Shown here one piece after another: positions 14,248 to 25,976 of a stretch of 64,000 bases of DNA. The stretch is from the NCBI RefSeq assembly GCF_006345805.1, contig NC_043006.1:105400001-105464000 (forward strand), read 5' to 3'. Source of the DNA: Octopus sinensis (taxonomy: Eukaryota). The first letter of the stretch is position 1, and every line of letters begins with the position of its first letter. The position numbers and the translations under genes were made by a program. The notes under the pieces were generated by a model that saw nothing but the letters and a program-made list of their open reading frames with translations, was not told where the DNA came from and did not search any database.

Positions 14248-15640
14248 ATGGCTTTAGCCATACCAGTCGTGAATAACAGTTTCAATACCGTTAACTGGTC
14301 AATTACTGAAATATGTAATCCTGACAGAAAAATACGAAAACTGTTGACAATGCATAGAATGCACCACCCTAAGGCAGATATAGAACGACTTTATCTGCCA
14401 AGAAAAGAGGGAGGCCGTGGACTTTTACAAATTGGCAATAACAATGAGGATTGCTACAATTGACCTAGACACCTACCTGAAAAAGTCTGAGGACTGGATG
14501 TTAAAACTTGTCTCAAGACATGAAAACAAGAAAGCATCATACTCAGTAACAAAACAGGCAAAGGAATATCTAAGTGAATTCCGAATACAATAAATTTCGG
14601 AATTAGACATACAAGAAACAAGCACAGAAAAAGCTAAGCGCATGAAAACCCGTGCTAAATCTGCGGCCTTAGATATTCTGAATGATAAATAGCAAGAAAA
14701 ACCTCTCTATGGCAAATACCCAAAGAGAGCGAATAATGCAGATGTTGACAAAGCCCTGACCCATCAATGGCTAATGGCCTCTGGCTTAAAATCTGAAACA
14801 GAAGGGTTTATCATAACAGCTCAAGATCAATGCCTACCAACAAGGAACTACCAGGCCAACATATTAAAGAACGGCAGTAGCCCAACATGTCGTGTATGTC
14901 AACAACAAAATGAAAACATTGATCATGTTGTCTCCAAGTGCAGCCTTCTAGCGCCTACAGAGTATCTCAACAGGCATGATAGCTGCACACTATATTCACT
15001 GGGTAATCTGCAAAAACCTGGATTTGCCCCATGAAAAAAACTGGTGGGAACACAATCTACCTCCAGTGCTTGAAAATGATCACATCTCACTCCTCTGGAA
15101 CTTCCCCATTCAAACTGACAGGAAGATAGATGCAAATAGGCCAGACATCATATTGAAAGACTTCAGACAAAGAACATGCCTCCTCATTGATATAACTGTC
15201 CCAATCGATATAAACGTATCTGTCAAGACCTACCAAAAAATGAGCAAATATAAAGATCTTGAAATAGAAATCAGCAAAATGTAGAACCTGAAGACTAAAA
15301 CAATACCTGTTGTCATAGGTGCCCTGGGAATGATAGCAAAAGGGGCTGATAGCTACCTAACTCAGAACCCAGGAAACCCCAAAAGGGCAGAAATTCAAAA
15401 GATAGTGCTCATGGGAACTGCTCATATTCTACACAAAATACTTTCTATGTAATCTCAAGTTTTAAAACAAACATAATTTTCGTTTTTATTGACATTCACT
15501 AGTACAACACTAAATACAAAACCAAATATATGGCACACTAGGCATAACAACAACATGAACTTCCAACCCTGTTGTCTCTTGAGGTCTCTGGGTGAGACTT
15601 GGAGCCAGCTTGTACAAATATAAAGCAAAAGTCAAACATG

Positions 15641-15642
<2 letters not shown>
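14248..15642 (+). mobile_element. 5'-truncated R4/Dong-like non-LTR retrotransposon with restriction-like endonuclease
   Basis: HPKADIERLYLPRKEGGRGL, CCHC knuckle CRVC..ENIDHVVSKC, RLE motif NRPDII..CLLIDITVP..K.SKY, and terminal PVVIGALG. Flanked by (TAA)n on both sides. Confidence 0.92.
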
Positions 15643-15673
<31 letters not shown>

Positions 15674-16629
15674 TGATAATAATAATACATACAGCACATG
15701 ATCATTACACAGTAATATAACACAACACGTACTATTACATGATCGTCAGCGAACACTATACCACTGACAGTTTCCACAATTCATATTCAACAGACTTGTC
15801 ATCTAATAATATACCACAACACATATAGTGATCAATTCTTGGACCTGGCGGTCGATTGTGTTCTCAAGCAAGGTGCCTCATTTCCTATTGTTCCAGTCTA
15901 CTTATATGTAAATACCAGAAAGATGAAAGTGTAGCTTTTTCGTCTTCCCTCTTCAATTTTTTCCCAGAGCCAAAGGTGAGATAGTCAAGAGGGTGCCCAT
16001 GTCTATTCACGATTACATTAGTGTTTAAAGCAGGTAGCGAAAGCAGTATATATGTTGCGGGGCTGTATTAGCTCGAAAGTGACGGCTAACTGTACACAAA
16101 AAAATGCATTACCTAAAATTCACACTCAAGTTAACTCAGGCTATACGTGTAGAATAAAATGATCTTTGTGCAAATAAAAGTATTAATATAAACAACTATA
16201 GATCCAATGCTTTGGGCACAAACATATGCATTCCAAAAGATAAAAATATATTAAGTGTATCTGTATGTGTGTATGTGTGCGTTATTGAATAATAATACGG
16301 GGGAAAGAAAAACATGCTACTGGCATAAATTTAAACTGCATTCATTTCAATGTATAAATTAATAGCTATAAACTTAATAGTGGTGTAAGCAATTAAAACA
16401 TATATTAGAAACTAGCTGGCCCCGTGCCGTCAAAAATAATGGTTAATTCTAGTATTTTATATATAAATAAAGAACAAAATAAGGTACGTAGTAATCGCAG
16501 ATACAAACATTCACACGCTTCCCTTTACACGCACACACATAAACACATATACTCACACGTAGTTGAAATGCTTTGATTTTTCTTTTCGTCGTTGAATGTT
16601 CACCATCCCACTTCCATTGCACACACACA

Positions 16630-16662
<33 letters not shown>

Positions 16663-17101
16663 GCATTCACATAACCGCTTATATATACACACACACACAC
16701 ACATATACTCACACAGAGCTGAAACACGCTGTTTGATTCTTTTCGCCATAGAACTTCCATCATCCCACTACCTGGTTTGCCATCACCGCTTCTCTCCTTA
16801 TTCACCTATCACACCGTCTTTTCTCATTTACATGTTGTGACGTAGAAATACACAAGTGTATTATTACAGTAGATTATAGATATGTGGTATGCAGCTAAAC
16901 GCATATATATATATATATATATACAAACACATACACACACATACGCATGCACACACATACGCATGCACTACACCAAACACCTTTATATATGTGTATATAT
17001 ATATATTGCTGTATTGAAGTATATACAAGAATTAGACCTCAATATATCAAATATAGAGGATATTTTAAGTGTGTGTATATATATATATATAGGTATATAT
17101 G

Positions 17102-17140
<39 letters not shown>

Positions 17141-17188
17141 GGTATATATATATATGTATGTATATATGTATATATATATATATATATG

Positions 17189-17304
17189 TATAAGAAAATA
17201 GTAAAGTGTGAAAAAACGACAGAAGGCTTAAATGTTAAAAAATATATATATTTTTTAACATTTAAGCCTTCTGTCGTTTTTTCACACTTTACTATTTTCT
17301 TATA
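17189..17304. repeat. Perfect 116-bp palindrome (58-bp arms, no loop)
   Basis: Both arms compared base by base; the centre lies at 17246/17247 within AAAAAATATATATATTTTTT. Confidence 0.95.
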
Positions 17305-17362
17305 TATTCACCCACGTGCTTTACCAAACAAACTTTCTTATATATATATGTATATATATATG

Positions 17363-17432
<70 letters not shown>

Positions 17433-17451
17433 ATATATATATATATATATA

Positions 17452-17640
17452 GTCAATTCAAATAAAAGACCAATTCAAAGAAGTGAATAATAAAACAAAA
17501 TGAACGAAGAGGAGGAAGTGTACAAGGAATGTATTAGCTTGGCGCTCAGTAAAATGAGAGAGTTTAACGTTTCGACCATAACTCTTTGTCGGAAAGGATA
17601 AAAGGTAAAGTCCAAAGAGGTAAAAGAAATCGCCAACAGC
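17452..17640 (-). mobile_element. Penelope-like terminal remnant (degenerate hammerhead-type motif)
   Basis: Minus strand TTTCCGACAAAGAGTTATGGTCGAAACGTT resembles the CCGANGA-GAG..CTC-GAAACGT motif. It is homologous to 28610-28800 and abuts (TA)n. Confidence 0.4.
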
Positions 17641-18309
17641 TCGTGTGTACACATTGCTGACACTATACACATAAATATATGTGCTTTGTGAATCCAATTG
17701 ATACAATTTAAAATAAAGTATTATTGACATAATACGCGTTACAGGCATTCAAGGTAGAAACAGCTTATTCAAATAAACAATGAGTTTCTATTCCACGTAC
17801 TTACAAGAGAATTTAACTTAAGAAACGAAAAGAGAGATACGAAGTTTATAAACTCATTAGAGGAGATGAGAACAAGAAAATATATTTTATATAGATATGA
17901 ATGTAATTAAAATACTAAGATTAATGGCTCAAAGTTTCAACAATTATTATTATTGGTTTTGGTTAAGGTAGGCGGAACCCTATAGGAAACGAACCCAAAT
18001 TTTTTCTTTTTTTTTTTTTGCCCGATGGCCCGGTTTTATGAGAGACAATATTTCCACGACCAAGCGATCACACGCATAACAAGCTACAATAAGGCATGTA
18101 ACATATAACTTAACTCTTACATATATACGTATACAGGGCAAAAGCAACCCGGCAGAGGGCGACAATCAGTAAAATAGAATCAATAAAGAAGAATATTTAA
18201 TAATTAATTTCATGGGCAGCCAGTTACTGGTCCGCATCAAGCTAGTTGAAGATCTCCTGCTATAGAACATATCTACAATAAAACTGATATGTGCATTCTC
18301 TAAGGCGTC

Positions 18310-18620
18310 CATAGTGAAGGTGATTGATTAAGTGGTTAGCTCAAGATCGTGAAGTCGTGAGTTCAAAACCAGGTAGCTTGTTGTGACTTGAGCTAGGCAC
18401 TTTATTTCACGTTGCTCCAGCGCATTCAGCTGGTAAAAATGAGTAGTACCTGTATTTCGAATGGTCAGCCTTGCCATAGTTATGTCATGCTCAGTCTCCC
18501 CGAGGACTACGCTAAGGACAGGCGGGGTTGTGCAACTTGCACGTTAAATTCACGAGCAAGCTGTTCCGTTGATCGGATCATCTGGAACACTCGTCGTCGT
18601 AACCGATGGAGTGCCGGTTT
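18310..18620 (+). mobile_element. SINE with family C head/core and a different 3' region
   Basis: GATCGTGAAGTCGTGAGTTCAAA...GGCACTTTATTTCACGTTGCTCCAG matches family C; the downstream part does not. Confidence 0.6.
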
Positions 18621-19021
18621 TTATAGTGAGCCAACCAAAGTGCCACTTGGGGACATGCTTACGATACTGTATATCTCTGGCATACCAGCGTAGGAGATGC
18701 TTAATGGTTAGTCAGTGATCGCATCGCCAAAGGCGAGCTAACGAAGACGCCTATTGGTTATGAGCTAACGAATACGACGACAATGTGCGTCAAAGACAAG
18801 AATTCTTAGCTGTTGTGTATCCCATGAATTGATATTGAGGCAGTATATTTCATTAAAGGAAGAGCATCTAGCCTAGCATTTGATATGGTGTAAATAGCAA
18901 CCAAACGTTTCTAAAATCATATTTTGCCAGTGGTTAAATGAAGGCACTACGTAATATACACCATGATTCATTAGGGATATTTCTTCAGACACTGGAACGT
19001 TTTTAAATTAATTAAGTAGAG

Positions 19022-19335
19022 CCTTTCATGTCACGTAAAACATAAGTCAATAATCATTTGGCCTGTTTAATGTCACATAATGCATTAGTCAATTACTATT
19101 TTCACCATTTGGCATCACATAAAACATTAACCACTTGCTATATTAATTGATTGGTGTCGCATAAAACATTACTCAGGTACCATGTGGACTGGTTGGTATC
19201 CCATAAAGCATTAATCAGTTAGTTTGGTGTCAAAAACAGATTAGTCCATTTAGTCAACATATCGACTATTTGGTATCACAAAAATCAGTACCGGTTTGAT
19301 TATTTGGTGGCATATAAATCATTAATCAGTTACGT
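19022..19335 (+). repeat. Degenerate ~42-bp minisatellite, about 8 units
   Basis: The motif TTGGTGTCACATAAAACATTAATCA recurs with variable 4-20 nt spacers. Confidence 0.65.
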
Positions 19336-19734
19336 ATTAACTAAATCGAATGTAATCAATCAACATATTGACTATTTAGAGTCACACAACATTAGCCAAT
19401 TAAACAGAGAGAACACAGAAGGTAGTTCTCTTGCTAACACAACGAAAAACACTCTATCCGACCAAGCTGTTTCCTCAGACCGTTATGTCTATCGTTATAT
19501 ATAAACAATGGCTAAAGAAAATTATTTCTATGCCAATTTCTATCCCCGATTTCAGCTCTACGTGTTTTCTGTAGCGAGTAAATAATATGTGGAAATTGAC
19601 GATTTAAAGTCTGTTATCAGCATATTGGCATATTATAAAGTTGTTTATAATTTTAACCTTAAGGGTATTTTCATATGCTACCACATTTTCTGATGAAATT
19701 TTTTTCTGTAAAAAAGCTTCATCCTATATTAGTA

Positions 19735-19776
<42 letters not shown>

Positions 19777-19941
19777 AGAAAAATGTCAAAAAAATTATTT
19801 TTAGCGCTTTCGTTCGTTTCTCTAACTTGAATAGAATTTTGTGAGTTTACTAACAGCTTCTTCATTTATATAAAAAATGTTTGGCGGGTTGTTAAGAAGA
19901 GAACGTTGTTTTGTTTTTTGGGGGTGAGGTTCCATGTAGAT

Positions 19942-20056
<115 letters not shown>

Positions 20057-20420
20057 TAGATAGGTAGAAAGAGGGAAAAAGAGAGAGAATTATTTAGTCA
20101 TTTATCATTATATTGGAATGGGTTTAAGGATGGTGTCGTGTGGTCATCACTGAAAGGTTTATTGCTTTCTTTCTCTCGCCCCCTTTTTTTTATTTCTCCT
20201 TTTTTCTCTTTTTTCCCCTCTTTCCCTCTTTTTCCTCTTTCTTTCTTTTTCTCTTCGAGTTATATTTAGATAAATAAATAAATAAGCAGTGAAATGGAAG
20301 TGGGATCCTCCTTCTCTCTCACCCTCTGTCTATGTATGTATGTATGTATGTATGTATGTATGTATGTATGTATGTATATATGTATGTATGTATGTATATA
20401 TGTATGTATGTATGTATGTC

Positions 20421-20945
20421 AGGTCACTTTCGAGTGCTACTGGTAACATGTAACCCAGTACAACCTGCTGCATAGTCGGGTCGTCGGCGACTAAACTGGC
20501 AACCCCACCAAGCTCGCTTGGTGAGAAGGGTGTTTATTGGACACCAAGGGCGGAGGAACTCTTGAGAGTCAACGGCCATCCAATAAATGTCTTAAGGCTG
20601 TATCATGCGCGGGGACATAGAAATAATCAGACTGAATACCCGATCGCGCGGTTAAACCATTGGGAGTGAAGGACTCCTAGCCTTTGTTAGGGCATCCTTC
20701 TAGGAGAAGGTAACTCAGGTAACTGGGATAACTCCGACATAAAACCTGCGTCTCAGTGGTTACCGATGATGTTGACTTGTTCTTCTTTTCGGATTATGGC
20801 TGCTGTTGCTTAGTGAGTGGGATTGACTCAGTGCACAGCCTTTCCTCACTTTAAAAAAAATCTGCTTGCACAGGCATTGCACGATAACAACATTGATTAA
20901 GCTTCGCACAATGGCCATACTCGATAACGAGGGGGCAGCCACCAT
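20421..20945 (+). mobile_element. Short RTE-derived non-autonomous element (5' UTR fused to 3' tail)
   Basis: GGCATCCTTCTAGGAGAAGGTAACTC resembles RTE 5' UTR motifs as I recall them. The 3' end CATACTCGATAACGAGGGGGCAGCCACCATG is shared with the RTE tail at 50631-50675. TATG repeats lie on both sides. Confidence 0.65.
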
Positions 20946-20998
20946 GTATGTATGTATGTATGTATGTATGTATGTATGTATGTATGTATGTATGTATG

Positions 20999-21039
<41 letters not shown>

Positions 21040-21049
21040 GTCTACCAAT

Positions 21050-22198
21050 AGGCTCTACGTAGACGACGGTGAACAGGTGTGGTCGCCGTTTGTGAGGCAC
21101 GCTTTCCCACAACTCGTCCCCATTACCGAAATGCAGTCATGGATCAAAAAGAGGCCGAAGAAGGCGAATGGTACCGCGAGTGTCGCGTTGCTCTCAAGCA
21201 ACTCTGCCGCCCCGGGTCGAACTTGAGCGTCTTCAACACAACCAAAGCATTCTATAGGGGATTAGTGGAGGGGAGGTACGACGACGAGCTCGGGGCAAAC
21301 CTGGACGTCGACGAGGAGTACCTGACCCGCCTGTTCAGGACGACTTTCGGGCCAGGGCCCATGGACAACTTCCAGAGATCCCTGGCCTGGCAGTGCTACC
21401 GAGAATCGCTACCCGTTCGGGATAAGCTCTATAGGCATGGCTCGAGAAACACGGGGCCGACCTGCCCGAGATGCGGTCAGAGCGACGAAACCGTTCTGCA
21501 CGAACTCGTACAGTGTCCAGCAATCTCCGACCTGTGAGCCTATGTCGAACGACTGCTGTCACGTGTGGGACGAGTCGGTTTATCAGCCGAGTCTGTCATC
21601 AATATTGTCACGCCTCCTTCCTTCAAGCGGGAAGGAAGAGCTATTTTCATCATCCTTGTGGTTATGGCGAAAGAATGTATCTGGTGGACGCGCCTGAAAG
21701 GATTAGAGACAAACACTTTCCTCTCTGGTCAATCTCTCATCAACTTCTTCAAGTATCACTTGAAAAGGAGAGTGAGAGTAGAGAGGCAAGTTTTGTCAAG
21801 CGGATGATTAAAAAAAAGATTGGTGAATGTAGCAAGGATGGAACGTATGAATGACGAAGCCACCTTGAGACTAATCCTATGAACCCGGAAAAATTTAAAA
21901 CAGAGGGTTACTTACTTGCAAATAAATGTGTTAACATGTGACATTCATGACCGAAGTTACCGTGGTCTTTTCCGTAGGCTTTTCTTTCCACGGATAAACC
22001 TTATCTGATTCCCCCTTTACTCTTTACATCATGACATTTATGTGATACACGATCCCTATTGATCGTTTTTTTTTCTTTTCACTTTTACGATCCCTTTTGA
22101 TCGAAAACTTATCCCACTTTTTCTCCCCAAAAACAAAAGCTCTACTTTGTAATCTCTCCCGTCTGTGTACAGCCCTGTGTGGCTAATAAAGAAACATA
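21050..22198 (+). mobile_element. 5'-truncated Tx1/L1-clade LINE
   Basis: FQRSLAWQCYRESLPVRDKL...CPRCGQSDETVLHELVQCP is a zf-RVT/CCHC region, followed by AKECIWWTR and a pyrimidine-rich 3' UTR ending GGCTAATAAAG. TCTACCAAT flanks it at 21041-21049 and 22199-22207. Confidence 0.9.
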
Positions 22199-22257
22199 TC
22201 TACCAATCTATTTATCTATCAGCCTATCTACCTCCCTATATTTCTATCTATCTATCT

Positions 22258-22490
22258 CCAATGCCATGGAACTTCACCCCAAAGAACAAAAACAATATTC
22301 TCTTCTAAACAACCACCCCGACCAAAATATTTGTTTTATATAAATAAACAAGCTGTTTGTGCATTCACAACATTCTATTTGACAAGTTCGAGAAACGGAC
22401 GAAGACCCTAATAATAATGAGGAAATAAAAAGATTTTTTTTTCCAAAATTCTGACGAATCTTTTTCTTAATATTCATTCAATTTCTGTAC
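22258..22490 (+). repeat. Unclassified dispersed repeat, homologous to 55092-55345
   Basis: Shared GGAAC.T.ACCCCAAA, CTCTTCTAAACAA, ATTCTATTTGACAA, AAAATTCTG and GTACACC in the same order. Confidence 0.6.
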
Positions 22491-22542
22491 ACCATACCGA
22501 ACAATCTATACATACATACATACATACATGTAAATATATATA

Positions 22543-22595
<53 letters not shown>

Positions 22596-22662
22596 ACAAA
22601 CTTACTTGGAAATGTATGCGTGGTGCTCAATCAAATGATAATATAAATAATATAATATATAA

Positions 22663-22961
22663 GGGTGCAGGACGTCACCAACAGTAAACAACATGAAGTA
22701 CGAAGACAATGAGTTTAATACGCAAATAACGAGGGAAACAAATGAAAACGGGACAAGTAACATAAAGAACGTCCCTTCATCAGTTGTCAGCTGTCTATCT
22801 ACGACTCATTTTGAGCAGGAGTGGATGGACAGCCGACAACTGATGAAGGGACGTTCTTTATGTTACTTATCCGGTTTTCCATTTGTTTCTCTCGTTGTTT
22901 GCGTATTGAACTCATTGTTTTCGTATTTCATGTTGTTTCCTCTTGTTGACGTCCTGTACCC
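22663..22961. repeat. Imperfect fold-back palindrome (~140-bp arms)
   Basis: GGGTGCAGGACGTCA...CCCTTCATCAGTTGTC versus GACAACTGATGAAGGG...TGACGTCCTGTACCC; spacer about 22803-22820. Confidence 0.9.
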
Positions 22962-22991
22962 ATAAATGCATATATATGTGTGTATGTGTGT

Positions 22992-23049
<58 letters not shown>

Positions 23050-23468
23050 GCATATGTATATATACATATATGCGTGCGCGTTAATGTGAAATGCATGTTT
23101 GCTTACTTAGACACAGTATGTATGCTTAAAACTAAGATAAATCCAATGAGTCACTGTAGCAAGATGGCCGATTCTTTTGGCAAGATTCCACAATTGTCCT
23201 TACATCCATTTTGTGTTGATTGTATTTTTCTAACACTTGTCTATTTAGTTTTCATTGACTAGCAGAATAAACGTGGCAAACACACGTCATACACACAGAT
23301 ATACATTCATGCATACATGCAGATAAACATATATTTACATACATACGCTCACATACACACATGTATACAGACATGTACAGATACATGTACAGATATATGT
23401 GCATATATACTGGGTATGTATATCCGGCTATATGTACACATATATGAGCCTGTGTATTTATACGCTTG

Positions 23469-23514
<46 letters not shown>

Positions 23515-23960
23515 CAGAAGGCAGTGAGTCTCGGTGTACATGTCCTGAATAAATACATTTATGTTTGTTCCCCTTGAAAGATTCTATCTACATTTAAAGC
23601 TATTATTTATTTTACAACTGAAAGCTTGTCATATAGTATATAGTAACATTCTAACGAACTAATCTGCTCAACAATTCTTCGCAACGATTTTGGCATTAGC
23701 AAAATTTCTTTATTTACCTGAGTTCTATCAACTAGAGGTAAAATTGCAGTATTTTCAGACAAGTAAGGAGAACTTAAATGTTTTTCTTCCAAAACTTGTG
23801 GATAATATCTATCAAACTTTCCACTTGAGATCTAGCCAAAAGTTATTTAACGTGAAGTTTTCAGAAACGTAGCATGTTATATATACATAGATAATAAATA
23901 GATATGGATAATGGGCGAATATCTCTGTGTGTGTGTGTGTGCGTGGATGCGTGTTTATAT

Positions 23961-24153
23961 TTCAATTTTTGGCACAAGGTCAGCAATTTCAGGAAAAGGG
24001 ATGGGTTGAGTACACCGTCCCTATGTGCAACTGGTGCTTATTATATCGATCGCGAAAGAATTAAAGATAAAGTGGGCCTCGGCTGAATTTGAACTCAGAA
24101 CGTAAAGACAGAAGAAATGCCGCTAAGCCAACGATTCTGCCAGCTCACCGCCT
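23961..24153 (-). mobile_element. SINE family A, degenerate copy
   Basis: Reverse complement of head (CTGCCAGCTCACCGCC), B box (GAATTTGAACTCAGAACG) and CCTTGTGCCAAA tail. Confidence 0.8.
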
Positions 24154-24815
24154 TAACTAAGTCTTATAAGAACAACACGAGCAACATATATGAAGCGAAG
24201 TGTATTCAGCTTACGATTGAAACCATTTCTTCTATGTTTAATTCCTGTTCACGCTTGTAGTTCTGTTTATTTTCTAGCCGTTTCTTACACAATAGGATAG
24301 TAATATTGACTCAAAAAACCTCATACATAAAAGAAGACAGAAAAAAAGAGAAGAATTCCAGATTACAACTGCAAAGCCATTTTAGAAATCTCGAGTCTAC
24401 AGAAGCTAGAATAAAAACGAAGTGACAGAACATGTGCGCATAATACTTTTCAACATAAAGATAGTTTCTAAATTTTCCTTTTGTTGTTTTTAATCACAAC
24501 TACTGAAAGTTGCAGCAACTCATGTGGTTTCCCTCATTATCTACGAAACTATGAGAAAAATATGTAAGAAGGCATCAAGCACTTCAAATTTCATTTTTTT
24601 TTTAATAATAAAGTTTTCCATAACATCCTTTGAGGAATGATTGTATATATTAAAAGTCTTCTACGAGTTACTGTGTCTTATCACAGTAACACTGGGAGCT
24701 CTTTCTCTTGTTCAACAGTGGAAAATGGCAGAATGGCAGATAAATGAGAACATGGCTATTTCTACTTACTATGTTTTATATATATGTATATACATACATG
24801 TGTATATATACATAT

Positions 24816-24847
<32 letters not shown>

Positions 24848-25013
24848 GTATATATATGTATGTATGTGTGTATATATATATATGTATATAGGTATATATT
24901 TATGTACACACATATATATATACACACACATATATATATATATATACGTACGTCTATATATACATACATATATATTTATATATATATCTTACTTTGTACA
25001 TATATATATACAT

Positions 25014-25073
<60 letters not shown>

Positions 25074-25097
25074 TATACACACACATATATATATTAT

Positions 25098-25461
25098 TCT
25101 TTTATCCTTTTACTTGTTTCAGTCATTTCACTGCGGCCATACTGGAGTACCACATTTTAGTCAAACAACTCGACCCCAGGTCTTATTCTTTGTAATTCTA
25201 GTACTTATTTATCGGTCTCTTTTGCCGAACAGCTAGTGGATGGGGACGTTAACACACCAGCACCGATTGTCAAGTGATGGTGGGGGAACAAACAAACATA
25301 TATATATAACGGGCTTCTTTCAGTTTCCGTCTATCAAACGCAATCACGAGGTTTTGGTCGGCCCGATGCTATAGAAGACGTTTGCCCAAGGTGCCACGCA
25401 GTGGGACTGAAATCGGAACCAAGTGGTTGATAAGCAATCTATTTACCACGCAGCCACTCCT
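25098..25461 (-). mobile_element. SINE family B
   Basis: Reverse complement of the full family B consensus. Confidence 0.85.
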
Positions 25462-25483
25462 ATATATATACACACACACATAT

Positions 25484-25886
25484 ACTCTTTACTCTTTTAC
25501 TTGTTTCAGTCATTTGACTGTGGCCATGCTGGAGCACCGCCTTTAGTCGAGCAAATCGATCCCAGGACTTATTCTTTGTAAGCCTAGTACCTATTCTATC
25601 GGTCTCTTTTGCCGAACCACTAAGTTATGGTGACGTAACCACACCAGCATCGGTTGTCAAGTGATGCTGGGGGGACAAACACAGACACACAAACATATGC
25701 ACACACATACATATTTACATATATACGACGGGCTTCTTTCAGTTTCCGTCTACCAAATCCACTCACAAAGCTTTGGTTGGCCCGAGGCTATAGTAGAAGA
25801 CACTTGCCCAAGGTACCACGCAATGGGACTGAACCCGGAACCATGTGGCTGGTAAACAAGCTACTTACCACACAGCCACTCCTACG

Positions 25887-25888
<2 letters not shown>
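25484..25888 (-). mobile_element. SINE family B (tandem with previous copy)
   Basis: Reverse complement from tail CTTTTACTTGTTTCAGTCATTTGAC to head CAGCCACTCCTACGCC. Confidence 0.9.
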
Positions 25889-25946
<58 letters not shown>

Positions 25947-25976
25947 TATATATACATATATACATATACAGTTATA

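Noticed and set aside
19022-19335. CRISPR array
   Set aside because: Repeats are degenerate, spacers are too short and irregular, there are no cas genes and the context is eukaryotic.
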